DNA of 51,530 nt from Bdellovibrionota bacterium (GCA_044237895.1 JBIIEK010000002.1:1-51530); one strand, 5' to 3'; positions 35,913 to 45,515 are shown, counted from the stretch's first letter. The notes: generated by a model not told the origin, from the sequence alone. Translations and numbers: made by a program.

Positions 35913-38027
35913 TTGGTGGATCCAAAAAGCGCGCAAAGGGATGTGACGGATCAGCACGGGGGGATGGTTCCTCTAAGCGCACGTACACTTGGAGTATCAC
36001 CCGAAGAGTTGTCTCGGGAGATCCCCGGAGAGTATCTTACCGTGCGATTCGCTGAAAAAATGGTTGAGCCGGCCCCTCTCGTAACGAAGCTTGAACTTGA
36101 GGTTTCTCACCCCAAACTTCCCGGGCAGAGCAGGACATTCGATATCTCCTACCTCCTCCATGAGGGGTACCGAGCGTCGCCATCCACTATACGGCAGATC
36201 GTTGATCCCTCTTTCTCCTCAGAGAGTAGAGCCGATGCGTTGCGCACCCTTCTCGTGGATATCTGTAATGTGCGGGGAAATTTTCCGCCGGACCGACGCG
36301 AAGTCTCTGTAAGCCCGTGTCGGGATGATATCATTGACGAGCTTGAACCAACCTTCGAGATTCGAGGACAGTTGTTGACCGAGCTTGGCGATGTCGTGCG
36401 CGGGTACAGTCGGCGCGCGGTTACGGTTGTTCGAAATCACAAACCGCTCGTGCAGTTTTTGCTTATTGAGCAGGAGGGCGTTGTTCGTCACGCGAGTATC
36501 CTTCTTCATCCCTCGCACATTGAGTGGCCGCTTCTTGATCGAAACGGTAGATACGTCACTGATCAGACGGTTGATGCGACTCTACACGATTTCACCCATC
36601 AGCTACGACAAACCCGGCAAGCTCCGATGTTGCGGATAATAGAGTCCTTGGGGCGAGAGGTTCAGGACAGGGTCGCTCAAAATGAGGATGCCCCTGAAGC
36701 GCTGAGGCGACGCGCCTTTGTTCAAGAGGCGTGGACGGCATGCCGAGATGATCGAGTATGGACTCCTGAGTTTGGTGCGCCGCCGATCTCACCAGTGTTG
36801 GCGCCTCCGGGATACGGATACACCGCGCGTGAACTGCCGGATGGACGGGCGTTCTGGATCTATCACGATATTCAAGGAAGCGGAGATGTGATTCGAATCG
36901 CGGGGTACTCCCGTTCAGGCAGCTTGTTCTCGGTGCAGTTGCACTATCCGCCACATATGTCATGGCGAGTGGCGATGCTCTGTGAGCGGATAGTGTCATC
37001 TGGGGGATGGCCTGACTTTTCGCCGGCGCTCGAGGTGCTACGGACATCCAAGAAGAGTGGGGTCTCCCTCCATTATTCGCCCGGGGCGGATCAATATCCC
37101 GCTGCCGTAAACGCGTTACTGGATATTGCCCGTGGTTGTGAAGGCAATCGAAATATTGGACGCGGAGTATGGTCCGATGAAGACGGTCGGATGGAGGGCT
37201 ATTTCGCGGATATGGTGACCGAGTTCGTCAAGGGACGGCTTCCTATTCATGGATCCATCGGTGGTCGAAATCCCGCGAGCTCCTGGGTTTTCCACGCCAT
37301 GCTGGATGAGGATCTGAACGGCACTGTTCTTTTCGTCAATTCTCTGAGGGGAAGTTTGACGTTGCGTTCGATGCTTGGATTTGATGTGGAATCGCGACGT
37401 CAAGATTTACTCGAAGTGCTCAACTCGATGTACGATTCTCCCGGGGAATTTATCGAAAAGTTCTACGGAATAGGGTCCTTTGAAGTGACCGCTCATAATC
37501 TTCCGCGCCGTGGAGAGGTGGAATTGAGCGGGGCGTTGAACACCATAGCGGTATCCATGTGGAAGGGGATAAAGGCAGCCGGCCACTATTTTAGTATTGA
37601 TTTGTGTGGTCACGCCCCATGGAGCTCGCAACGACTTATATCTGGGGACTGGGCTCTCTCTCTGGAATCGGTGCACTCCGTGAGAGGCGCTCTTCCCTAT
37701 CTGCTAACGTGCATCGTGCACGAGGGTGGCGTGAGGGAGATCCTCGTTAGTTACGGAGAACGAGGCTTTCTCGGGGGGCTGTTGGGCAAGCAGATCGTTC
37801 CGAATGGAGGCTCTGGTTTCTTCTCGGAGCATGAGGTCGGAGCAATCGTTCGCTCGCTAGCGGACCGTTCCCCGGACGCCAAGGGGGTTTCGGTCAGTGA
37901 TAGGGTTCTGGCGATCTGTCCGCATGCGCACGTGTCATGGCTATCCAGCTTGAGGCGATTCGATCCCCAATTCAAGCAACGAGATCTCCTCTCCCGAATC
38001 GTTCGGTGGTTTCAAAATATCTGGTAG
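35913..38027 (+). CDS. Large orphan cytoplasmic protein (704 aa), no recognisable domain
   Basis: A long uninterrupted ORF with no signal peptide or TM and no motif I can assign. The ORF opens at a TTG. An ATG at 35964 preceded by a G-run is an alternative start. Confidence 0.55.
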   Translation: MVDPKSAQRDVTDQHGGMVPLSARTLGVSPEELSREIPGEYLTVRFAEKMVEPAPLVTKLELEVSHPKLPGQSRTFDISYLLHEGYRASPSTIRQIVDPSFSSESRADALRTLLVDICNVRGNFPPDRREVSVSPCRDDIIDELEPTFEIRGQLLTELGDVVRGYSRRAVTVVRNHKPLVQFLLIEQEGVVRHASILLHPSHIEWPLLDRNGRYVTDQTVDATLHDFTHQLRQTRQAPMLRIIESLGREVQDRVAQNEDAPEALRRRAFVQEAWTACRDDRVWTPEFGAPPISPVLAPPGYGYTARELPDGRAFWIYHDIQGSGDVIRIAGYSRSGSLFSVQLHYPPHMSWRVAMLCERIVSSGGWPDFSPALEVLRTSKKSGVSLHYSPGADQYPAAVNALLDIARGCEGNRNIGRGVWSDEDGRMEGYFADMVTEFVKGRLPIHGSIGGRNPASSWVFHAMLDEDLNGTVLFVNSLRGSLTLRSMLGFDVESRRQDLLEVLNSMYDSPGEFIEKFYGIGSFEVTAHNLPRRGEVELSGALNTIAVSMWKGIKAAGHYFSIDLCGHAPWSSQRLISGDWALSLESVHSVRGALPYLLTCIVHEGGVREILVSYGERGFLGGLLGKQIVPNGGSGFFSEHEVGAIVRSLADRSPDAKGVSVSDRVLAICPHAHVSWLSSLRRFDPQFKQRDLLSRIVRWFQNIW

Positions 38028-38030
38028 AGG

Positions 38031-38795
38031 TTAGGCGAGTATATCCCGAGAAAGCGCAGGGCCGCTCTTCCACGGTAAGCCTTCAGGGTACCGCTCGAGC
38101 ATCACCCTGTTTCCGTTGGCGAAGAAATCTAGCTTTACGGAGGCGGCGGTCTCTCCAACGCGGTAGTTTGTGGAATAGAGCCCGGGGGTTCCAAAGCTCG
38201 TATTCCAGTCTACCAATTTATTACAGATAATGGCGTCTGGTGTGTGCGTAGAATCGTCCCGAAACTGCTTATACCAAATCGGTGAGAGTGAAATCGCATC
38301 TGAACGTCTTAAGAGGTAGCAGTTTGTGTCGACGTGTCTAAAATCTCCGATGCAAGCCTTCCAGATACCGAGATTCTCGCAGTCGTCGTTGATGAGAAAA
38401 TGTCCGTGATGGTCAACTATCTTTCGCAGGGAGTACGCCCAATCAAGATTGTGTTCGGTCATTAGCTTTACGAGAGAGGAGAAGTGATTCGGGTCGTGCC
38501 AGTTGTCCTCGTCAAGGAAAGCGATCAGCTCTCCCCGAGCGAGGTATGCTGAGGCGCCGAACACCCGATGACCGTTAAACCTATCAAGGCCTGTGGGGTG
38601 AGGCAGGGTGATCGTGTGCACGTTGCTCTTTGGTAACGTGATCTGATCCAGTAGTGCGTACGTAGCCTGCTCCCGCTCCTTGCCGTCGATAAAGATATAG
38701 TAGTCGATGTCGGAGTAGTCTTGACGGAGGATTCCCTCCACTGCCTGCTTAAGGAGTGGAGATCCGGTGGTTGGTGTTATTACCGAGATGCGCAT
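38031..38795 (-). CDS. Family 2 glycosyltransferase (GT-A fold)
   Basis: Contains MRISVITPTTG, ILRQDY and YYIFIDG, plus the DxD-type FLDEDNW. Soluble, 254 aa. Confidence 0.8.
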   Translation of the reverse strand: MRISVITPTTGSPLLKQAVEGILRQDYSDIDYYIFIDGKEREQATYALLDQITLPKSNVHTITLPHPTGLDRFNGHRVFGASAYLARGELIAFLDEDNWHDPNHFSSLVKLMTEHNLDWAYSLRKIVDHHGHFLINDDCENLGIWKACIGDFRHVDTNCYLLRRSDAISLSPIWYKQFRDDSTHTPDAIICNKLVDWNTSFGTPGLYSTNYRVGETAASVKLDFFANGNRVMLERYPEGLPWKSGPALSRDILA

Positions 38796-38868
38796 GGATT
38801 GTACCTTTTAACTGGCTTTGAAGGTATCTCTGTTTAGTCTAGGGGGCTAGTCCAGGCAATCGCGACGA

Positions 38869-39129
38869 CTACGTGCGAAATCCTAACGGAAGCAAAACTC
38901 CTCGAAGCTCATTAAATTCCTCGTGGTGATATGCGCCGGTCGTTCCATCATCGTGTCGCACGATCCAAAGGTCCCCTCTGTGAGCGGGAATGAAGTCCTC
39001 CACAACTCCTTGACAATTGCCACGGCGGTCACCCAGCTGGTCACGGCTGATCGCCGAGGCCGCGAGGTCTACGAGCAGTGGACGGGTTTTAACTCGAATT
39101 CCGGTATGCGTGTCTTCAAGATTCATGGA
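38869..39129 (-). CDS. Small hypothetical protein
   Basis: 86 aa from the ATG at 39129, which is preceded by GAGGG at 6 nt. The ORF opens at 39165. It lies between the GT-C and GT2 genes on the same strand. Confidence 0.4.
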   Translation of the reverse strand, partial: SMNLEDTHTGIRVKTRPLLVDLAASAISRDQLGDRRGNCQGVVEDFIPAHRGDLWIVRHDDGTTGAYHHEEFNELRGVLLPLGFRT

Positions 39130-39259
39130 ATACCCTCGAAAGTAATACGATCGGAATGATTGCATTTTCGTAGGGCGCTCGCCACAGAGATTGCGGGATG
39201 GATTCTGCTCGTGTGGGTGTAACGGCGATGTTTAGAGAGCTTTAAGCGCCTCTGGAGGC

Positions 39260-40795
39260 TCATTTGCTTATGTGAGGCACGGAGTCGAGGATCGGAGGAA
39301 GCTCTGGATAGGTAACTGCCACCAACCACCACTTCCTTGCGCCGAGGGGCGGAATTCGTTGGACCTCTTGCCATCCGACAGGGAGATTCGAGAGGGATTC
39401 CTCTCGCAGCAGTATCGCGGTTCTCGAGAGCGGTGTTAGGCCTTGGGGAGCTTTTACGACCTCTAGGTTCGGCTTGAGCATTCCTCGATAGATCCCCTCT
39501 ACGTTGAAGCGGCCGCGGATAGGAGTGGTGCGTCCGCTCAGAGCGTTGTCTACGAGAATGAAACGTTCAAAGTCCCTCTTAAGCTGCTCTGTCATCCGAT
39601 CGAGGGGGATGCGGTCCGTATCCGAGCGAACCTCCCCTAGTGCCCGGTTAACTGCGCGCGAATAAGAACGGGCAGTCGTGACGACGAGAAGGGTCGCTAG
39701 TACTGCGGTTGCCGCACGCATCTTTGGTAGGCGCTTGATGGTTTGGAGTACGTGTACACAACCAAGTACGGCGATCATGCAAACAAAGGGCATAAAGGGG
39801 TTCAGGTACCAAGGGGCTTTTGAAGACGAACAGGAGTAAGCGAGAACGGGTAGAGCCCCCCACAGAAGGAGGAAGCGGAACGTGGGAGATCTGCGCGCTC
39901 CCATGATCGCTCCCACGACGCCGGCCCCGAGGATCCAACGCGGAGCTACCGCTGCGCGAACGAAAAGGTACCATCCATAGTAGAGGGGCTTGTCAGAGTT
40001 GTGTCCCTCAAATCCTGAGAGGGCGCGATTGAATATCTCAACACCGATGAATGAGTTCAGGCCCCGCATGCCACCCGCAGTCCACACACACACCACATAC
40101 GCTAAAAAGGTAATCACGGGGGGGAGCACTAGGCGCGCAAGTTGACGAAGTGTGGGTTTGCGATCGCTACACGTTACGAGGGTTAGCACGGCACAGAGGA
40201 GGGGGACAAAACCTGCCACGCTCTTGGTCAGGATTGCGAGAGCGCAGAGAATACCTGCCCGAGATAGATTTCGATCTGAGCCTCCTGTTTGACACCATCT
40301 CCATGAGTAGATCGCCATTCCAAGCGTAAAAATGGTAAGCAGCCCATCAAGGACTGCGTGTCTAAAGCTGTGCTGGGCGATAACCCATTCCGGCGCACCA
40401 AGGAGTAGAAAGCCGACGATAAGAGAGGCTGGAATGCTGCGTGATAGGTGAAGGGTCAGCACGGCTGAAAGAAACACAGCGAGGATCCCCAGAGTTGCGT
40501 CGAATGCTCGATAGCTCCAATTGCTTTCGCCGAGTAGAACCGGGACGAGCGATCCGAGCCAAAATTTGAGTGGGGGCTTTTCAAACGATGCCGCGGAGCC
40601 ATGCTTTACGGGGAAGAGATCTCCGTTTTGAATAACACCCTGAGTAATCCGAACGTAGATCACCTCATCTGAGGTTACGGACACCGAGGAATTTCCGAGG
40701 TTCCAAAAGAAAAGAGTCGCCGCAAGAGCGGCCAAGAGGAGCCCACCCACAAGGCAGAGTGCGCGGGATATCTTAGTTCTAAAAAAATCACTCAT
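39260..40795 (-). CDS. GT-C-fold membrane glycosyltransferase (ArnT/PMT-like, GT39/GT83)
   Basis: 511 aa, about 11-12 TMs. The first extracytoplasmic loop carries the DE motif (VTSDEVIYVR) followed by KPPLKFWL. A short C-terminal soluble domain is present. Confidence 0.75.
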   Translation of the reverse strand: MSDFFRTKISRALCLVGGLLLAALAATLFFWNLGNSSVSVTSDEVIYVRITQGVIQNGDLFPVKHGSAASFEKPPLKFWLGSLVPVLLGESNWSYRAFDATLGILAVFLSAVLTLHLSRSIPASLIVGFLLLGAPEWVIAQHSFRHAVLDGLLTIFTLGMAIYSWRWCQTGGSDRNLSRAGILCALAILTKSVAGFVPLLCAVLTLVTCSDRKPTLRQLARLVLPPVITFLAYVVCVWTAGGMRGLNSFIGVEIFNRALSGFEGHNSDKPLYYGWYLFVRAAVAPRWILGAGVVGAIMGARRSPTFRFLLLWGALPVLAYSCSSSKAPWYLNPFMPFVCMIAVLGCVHVLQTIKRLPKMRAATAVLATLLVVTTARSYSRAVNRALGEVRSDTDRIPLDRMTEQLKRDFERFILVDNALSGRTTPIRGRFNVEGIYRGMLKPNLEVVKAPQGLTPLSRTAILLREESLSNLPVGWQEVQRIPPLGARKWWLVAVTYPELPPILDSVPHISK

Positions 40796-40999
40796 AAGAG
40801 GAGGCGTAGCGGGACGCTTTCATAAGATACGACGATACTGATACGGGGAGCAATGTGGGGGAAGTTCTGGAGAGAGTAAGGATGGAAGTGGAATCCGAAT
40901 AGAACATTTCTTGACGACAGCGTGAGCTGGAGTCAAAAACCTCTGGGTTAGAGAGACGTCCTAAACGAAAAACCACAACCAGGCTTGCTCTCTAGGATA

Positions 41000-41431
41000 T
41001 CAGGCCTGAGAGCTAGAGGGAGCCGTGGCGCTCTGTTCGGGTGTTGCGCGTTTAGAAGGGATCTTCTTATACGCCGCAACCGCCGTCCGGATCGCCAGGT
41101 ATGCAACTGCGCCAACAAAGGCAACGGTCGCACTACGGAACCCCAAAGCAACCGACGCCGTCACCCACTCGATGATGAGGGGGAGAGACTGCAATACGGC
41201 TGCCAGGCCCGAGATTGTCGCGCTCACACCGAGCACTCCTCCTACCACCAGCACCGTTTTTGGTGAGGTGGAGGCGAGATGCTCAAGGGGCACAGCTGCG
41301 GTCTCGATCAGTGCCCAAACTTTGTTGAACACCTTTTTGGTGGCTTCTTTCATCTGTTTTGTCTTTCTAGTCACCTGATTATGGTTGAGGCAGGAGACGA
41401 CCTCAGTAGGAGAAACCTTTTGGATTTCCAC
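41000..41431 (-). CDS. Hypothetical membrane protein
   Basis: 143 aa with two or three hydrophobic helices in the C-terminal half. It is upstream of, and co-directional with, the GT-C gene. Confidence 0.4.
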   Translation of the reverse strand: MEIQKVSPTEVVSCLNHNQVTRKTKQMKEATKKVFNKVWALIETAAVPLEHLASTSPKTVLVVGGVLGVSATISGLAAVLQSLPLIIEWVTASVALGFRSATVAFVGAVAYLAIRTAVAAYKKIPSKRATPEQSATAPSSSQA

Positions 41432-41636
41432 TTCCGACTAAGATATGGGTGTTTTTAGCTATAACGTATCGTACGGAGTCGAGGTCCGTAACCTTCTGTA
41501 ACCCATATTCTTTTTTGCGAGGTTTTGCCGCATACGCAGTCGGTAAAATGCCGAGGCGCGCGCTACATAGGGGCGCTCATGCTCGAGGATTGCTCCTTTT
41601 CAGGCCCTCTGACCCCGTGTCACTATCGATACAGTT

Positions 41637-42278
41637 ATGAAGAAGAATAGAGCGGTTTTTACCCTGGCCACACCGGACTATGAGCCGGAGTTGTGTGAGA
41701 TTACCTTTCCCCTTATTAGGAAATATGCGGATAGGCTCAAGGCGGATTTCGTTCGTATCGAGACTCGGAAGTTTCCAGATTATCCGATTACCTACGAGAG
41801 GCCTCAGATCCACGAACTGGGAAAAGATAACGAGTGGAATGTGTGTATCGATCCCGATACCTTGATTCACCCCGATATCGACGATTTTACTCAGTGGTTT
41901 CCACAAGACAACGTCGGTAACTGGGCTTTTTTCGACGTGCGACAACATTTCGATGTCGCCGATGATAAATATTTTGCGAGGGACGGGAGGTTTTACGGCA
42001 TAGTAGATAGCCTCGTTGCGACATCGTGGCTAACCCATGACCTGTGGACTCCGCTTCCTGAAACCAATGCTCAGCTAGAGAGAAAGATTCACGATAAGGA
42101 GTGGGTTCGACGAATGTCAGAGTATGCGATATCGCGTAATCTCGCTCGGTACGGGATGAAGATTCAAGGGCTGCTCGCCAACACCAAGCATATGTATCAC
42201 CTCGGCGCGACAAGCTATAATATCGAGAGGCCCGCGGATGAGGCGATTCGGATCCTTAAGGAGTGGGGTCTTCGATAA
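41637..42278 (+). CDS. Hypothetical protein with a DxD-like motif (possible GT-A nucleotide-sugar transferase)
   Basis: 213 aa, soluble. AVFTLATPDY and NVCIDPDTLIHPD resemble the N-terminal strand and DxD of GT8-like enzymes. The assignment is weak. Confidence 0.4.
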   Translation: MKKNRAVFTLATPDYEPELCEITFPLIRKYADRLKADFVRIETRKFPDYPITYERPQIHELGKDNEWNVCIDPDTLIHPDIDDFTQWFPQDNVGNWAFFDVRQHFDVADDKYFARDGRFYGIVDSLVATSWLTHDLWTPLPETNAQLERKIHDKEWVRRMSEYAISRNLARYGMKIQGLLANTKHMYHLGATSYNIERPADEAIRILKEWGLR

Positions 42279-42283
42279 AGCGA

Positions 42284-44416
42284 TTACTTTGAGGGTGCGG
42301 ACGAGAGCTCAAAGGCCTCTAGAGCAACATCCTCTCGAACGAAGAGCGCTGGATATGATTCTCCGCAAAGGCGGGGGCTCTGCGCGTTTAGGACCTCTTT
42401 ATCGCCTGATCCGGCAACGACTTTATTTCCCACACATCTAATCCACAACGGTCCTCCTTGACCGAGCGTTTGTGGAGGTATCTTCACTGAGGTTATCTCT
42501 TTCACAGCTGACTCGGATAGATCGACCAGAGTGAACTCGACTTCGGCGGGCTTCACGTGAGCGAGGAGGCCTACGCCGGTACACTGGCTCTTCGAGAGGC
42601 TTCGATCGCAAAGAGCGACTCCTACCTCGACGGGAAGGATGTTGAAGTGAATGTTGAACCGCCCGCGGGTTTCATATCCTAGGCGACTCGGATCCCATGT
42701 TATGCGAAATCCGTCTTTGGCGTTAGCACGTGAAGGGAGTGAGACGATAGCGGATCCGACTTGATACCAGTCCTTTTGTCCCTCCTGCCACGAGAGCGCC
42801 TTAATTTTATTGTTCAGGTCGAATACCGGTAGTCGAGCGCCCCATCGATTTATCCACTCCTCATACGCGGTGCGTTCGTCAAGGTATGTGGTCCCGGACC
42901 ACACTGTGTGCTCTACAAAGTGGTCGAGGCGTATATAGCTGGGCGCTGGGATGAAGAGGTCGGGGGTTTGATCGGCGAACGCGGGCCACAGGGCGGAGAG
43001 GCGACCCTTATATGCCGAGAATTGTCCGTCGATGAGCCAGAAGCGGTTCCCTTGAAGGTAGGTCTTCAGGAGATGAAGCGGACCGGTTCCCATGTGAATA
43101 ATCGCGGAAGGGCACTTGAGGCGTCGAGCGTAATACGTTGGTCCCACATCGAGGATAGTGATGACCCCCGTATTGTATTGAGCGCACGTCTCGCGAAATG
43201 CTACCTCAAAGGGATTCTCGCGGCCCATTACGTCTTCTTGGATGCTCTTATAGAGACCGAATGTGGTGGGGATCGCGACGAGGCTCGCCACGACGGCGGT
43301 TCGAAGCGTTTTGGTTCCCACTATCCCGCTATTTGAAAGGGCCAGAAGGAAACGAGCTGCGGCTAGAGCGAGGAACGGCTGCGCGACGGTTAATCCGCGA
43401 ACGGCGGTAACGCTGAGGATGCTGAACATCCCGAAGGGGATCAGAAGTATCGCGGCAAGTTGAAGATCCTCAGAGCGGAATCTTCCACGGAAGATAAGGA
43501 GCGGAAGACAAAGGATCCAGAGGGCGACAAGAGCAAGTGTAAAGGGATTATCTAAATCGAATAGACTGAGGATGAGGTTAAGGCTGTCCTTGATGTGGAG
43601 AGAGGGAAGAAGTCCGGATCCTCCACCGAATGTTTTACCTCCGATATGCTTGTATTGCTCGGAGAAGACGAAGAAGTATCCCTTCGAGATCGGGTATACG
43701 AGGCGCATGATCACATCGAGAGTGATGAGGCTACCCACGAATCCAGCCAGGTGTATGAGCAACTTTGGAGCGGTAGCAAATCGGATCCCCTCTCGGATGA
43801 TTATAACGAGCGATGGAAGCACGATGCATGAAAGGGCTCGATAGTTGGAGGCGAGTGAGAGCCCCAATGAGATACCGCTTCCGAGAAAGAGCAGGACGGT
43901 TCTTTTCGAGAGCTTCTCCCGAGCGGAGGGAAGCATGATGAGCAGATAGCTCAGCGCTAGAAAAAAGAAGCCCGGGGTGTCTAGAGCGACCGTACGCGAG
44001 AAGAGGTTTTGCATCGGGCTTACGGCGCCTAAGATGAGCGTAATGAGGGCGGCAGTTGATCCGTACATTCGATAGGCGAGGTAGCTCACAAGGAGTACCC
44101 CAAGAAGCCCCATGAACGCGGTGGGATACATAATTGCTTGGGGTGAATCTCCAAACACGGCTATCGGAAGACCAAAGATAAAGGAGGTAACGGGGCACGC
44201 TTTAAAGTCGATGTAGAACTCCCGTTTCTGACCATTCAGGTGGCGCGCCATCGAGGTGGCAGAGTCTACGAGCCATCCTTCATCGAACTCGACGAACCCC
44301 TGACTATCGACCCAAGCGAACCGTAGGAGTACCGCTACAAGAAGCGCCGCCAGGCACGCGAGTACAAATGGTTTCGGCCGAACGAATTGTTGAAGGGTTT
44401 TGGGGCTGTTAGACAT
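42284..44416 (-). CDS. Large GT-C-fold membrane glycosyltransferase with a roughly 300-aa C-terminal extracytoplasmic domain
   Basis: 710 aa. The first loop carries a DE motif (FVEFDEGWLVDS), followed by about 12 TMs in the first roughly 400 aa. The C-terminal soluble domain has no recognisable family. Confidence 0.7.
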   Translation of the reverse strand: MSNSPKTLQQFVRPKPFVLACLAALLVAVLLRFAWVDSQGFVEFDEGWLVDSATSMARHLNGQKREFYIDFKACPVTSFIFGLPIAVFGDSPQAIMYPTAFMGLLGVLLVSYLAYRMYGSTAALITLILGAVSPMQNLFSRTVALDTPGFFFLALSYLLIMLPSAREKLSKRTVLLFLGSGISLGLSLASNYRALSCIVLPSLVIIIREGIRFATAPKLLIHLAGFVGSLITLDVIMRLVYPISKGYFFVFSEQYKHIGGKTFGGGSGLLPSLHIKDSLNLILSLFDLDNPFTLALVALWILCLPLLIFRGRFRSEDLQLAAILLIPFGMFSILSVTAVRGLTVAQPFLALAAARFLLALSNSGIVGTKTLRTAVVASLVAIPTTFGLYKSIQEDVMGRENPFEVAFRETCAQYNTGVITILDVGPTYYARRLKCPSAIIHMGTGPLHLLKTYLQGNRFWLIDGQFSAYKGRLSALWPAFADQTPDLFIPAPSYIRLDHFVEHTVWSGTTYLDERTAYEEWINRWGARLPVFDLNNKIKALSWQEGQKDWYQVGSAIVSLPSRANAKDGFRITWDPSRLGYETRGRFNIHFNILPVEVGVALCDRSLSKSQCTGVGLLAHVKPAEVEFTLVDLSESAVKEITSVKIPPQTLGQGGPLWIRCVGNKVVAGSGDKEVLNAQSPRLCGESYPALFVREDVALEAFELSSAPSK

Positions 44417-44723
44417 GCTTGAATACTCACCGATTTTACCCCCTGCCGCAACGGAGTTTTCCCGGCGCGATTACGTGAGAGGCTGAAGGTGAAGTCAAAG
44501 CTGAAGCGAGTAAAGGTCACTCCAACTAACGAGCTCCTCTTCGTTCGAATCTTTGAGGGATTGTCGGTAGCTCTGTGCTACTCGATTCGCGTGCGGCCGA
44601 GCTTTTACCGAGAATATTCGTCGGTGTTCGATCCACATGTACGTTCTGTGCTTCGGCCGTGCGCGCGGCTCGTTTCAGCTCCCCGGAGTTGCTCGTCCAC
44701 AGTAAGTACGGTAGGAACTTCGC

Positions 44724-45515
44724 ATGCGCTACAAGCTCGGAATCTCCACCTGTCCAAATGATACGTTCATGTTTCACGCTCTTTTGACGGGTCGGGTGCA
44801 ATGTGAAGGTTTTGACCTCGATATCGAGCTTCTTGATGTGCAACAGTTAAATGAAGGTCTCGCTCGAGGGGATTATGCCTTTTCTAAAGCGAGCTGCTTT
44901 GGGGCGGTCCTCCTTCGCGAGCGGTATGAGCTTTGTAGTTCAGGGGCCGCTCTCGGGTACGGTGTCGGCCCACTCGTTCTGGCGCGCAAGGGTGCACCAC
45001 CGCTCTCGGCGGAGGCGAACGTTCTAGCCCCTGGAAACCTGACCACCGCATGTATGCTTTTCCGACATTTCTTTCCGCAAGCGACATCCATATCCCAGTT
45101 GGTTTTTTCGGAGATTATGCCTGCGCTTGAGCGGGCAGATGCCGATTACGGGATCGTGATTCATGAGGGGCGCTTTACGTACCAAGAGAGCGGACTCTCC
45201 TTGGTGGCAGACCTTGGTGATCTTTGGGAGAAGAGGTATAACGTCCCGCTGCCGCTAGGGTGCATCGTCGCCGACCGCGCGCTATCGGCGGAACATCGAC
45301 GAGCGTTCTGCTCTGCTGTCCGCCGTTCTATTGAATATGGATACGCGCACCGAGAGGAGGCCCTTCCAACTATGAGGCGATACGCTCAAGAGCTCGGAGA
45401 TGAGGTTATTTGGAAGCATGTTGAGCTCTACGTGAATGAATGGAGCCTCGATTTGGGTGACAAGGGCAGGGAAGCCTTCGCAATCTTGGAGAGCGTCGCG
45501 CTCAGCTCCCTGTAA
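44724..45515 (+). CDS. mqnD: 1,4-dihydroxy-6-naphthoate synthase (futalosine pathway)
   Basis: The N-terminal LGISTCPNDTFMFHALLTG is the MqnD-type SPCPNDTF signature, as opposed to the MqnA IPYLN pattern. Length is 263 aa. Confidence 0.8.
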   Translation: MRYKLGISTCPNDTFMFHALLTGRVQCEGFDLDIELLDVQQLNEGLARGDYAFSKASCFGAVLLRERYELCSSGAALGYGVGPLVLARKGAPPLSAEANVLAPGNLTTACMLFRHFFPQATSISQLVFSEIMPALERADADYGIVIHEGRFTYQESGLSLVADLGDLWEKRYNVPLPLGCIVADRALSAEHRRAFCSAVRRSIEYGYAHREEALPTMRRYAQELGDEVIWKHVELYVNEWSLDLGDKGREAFAILESVALSSL

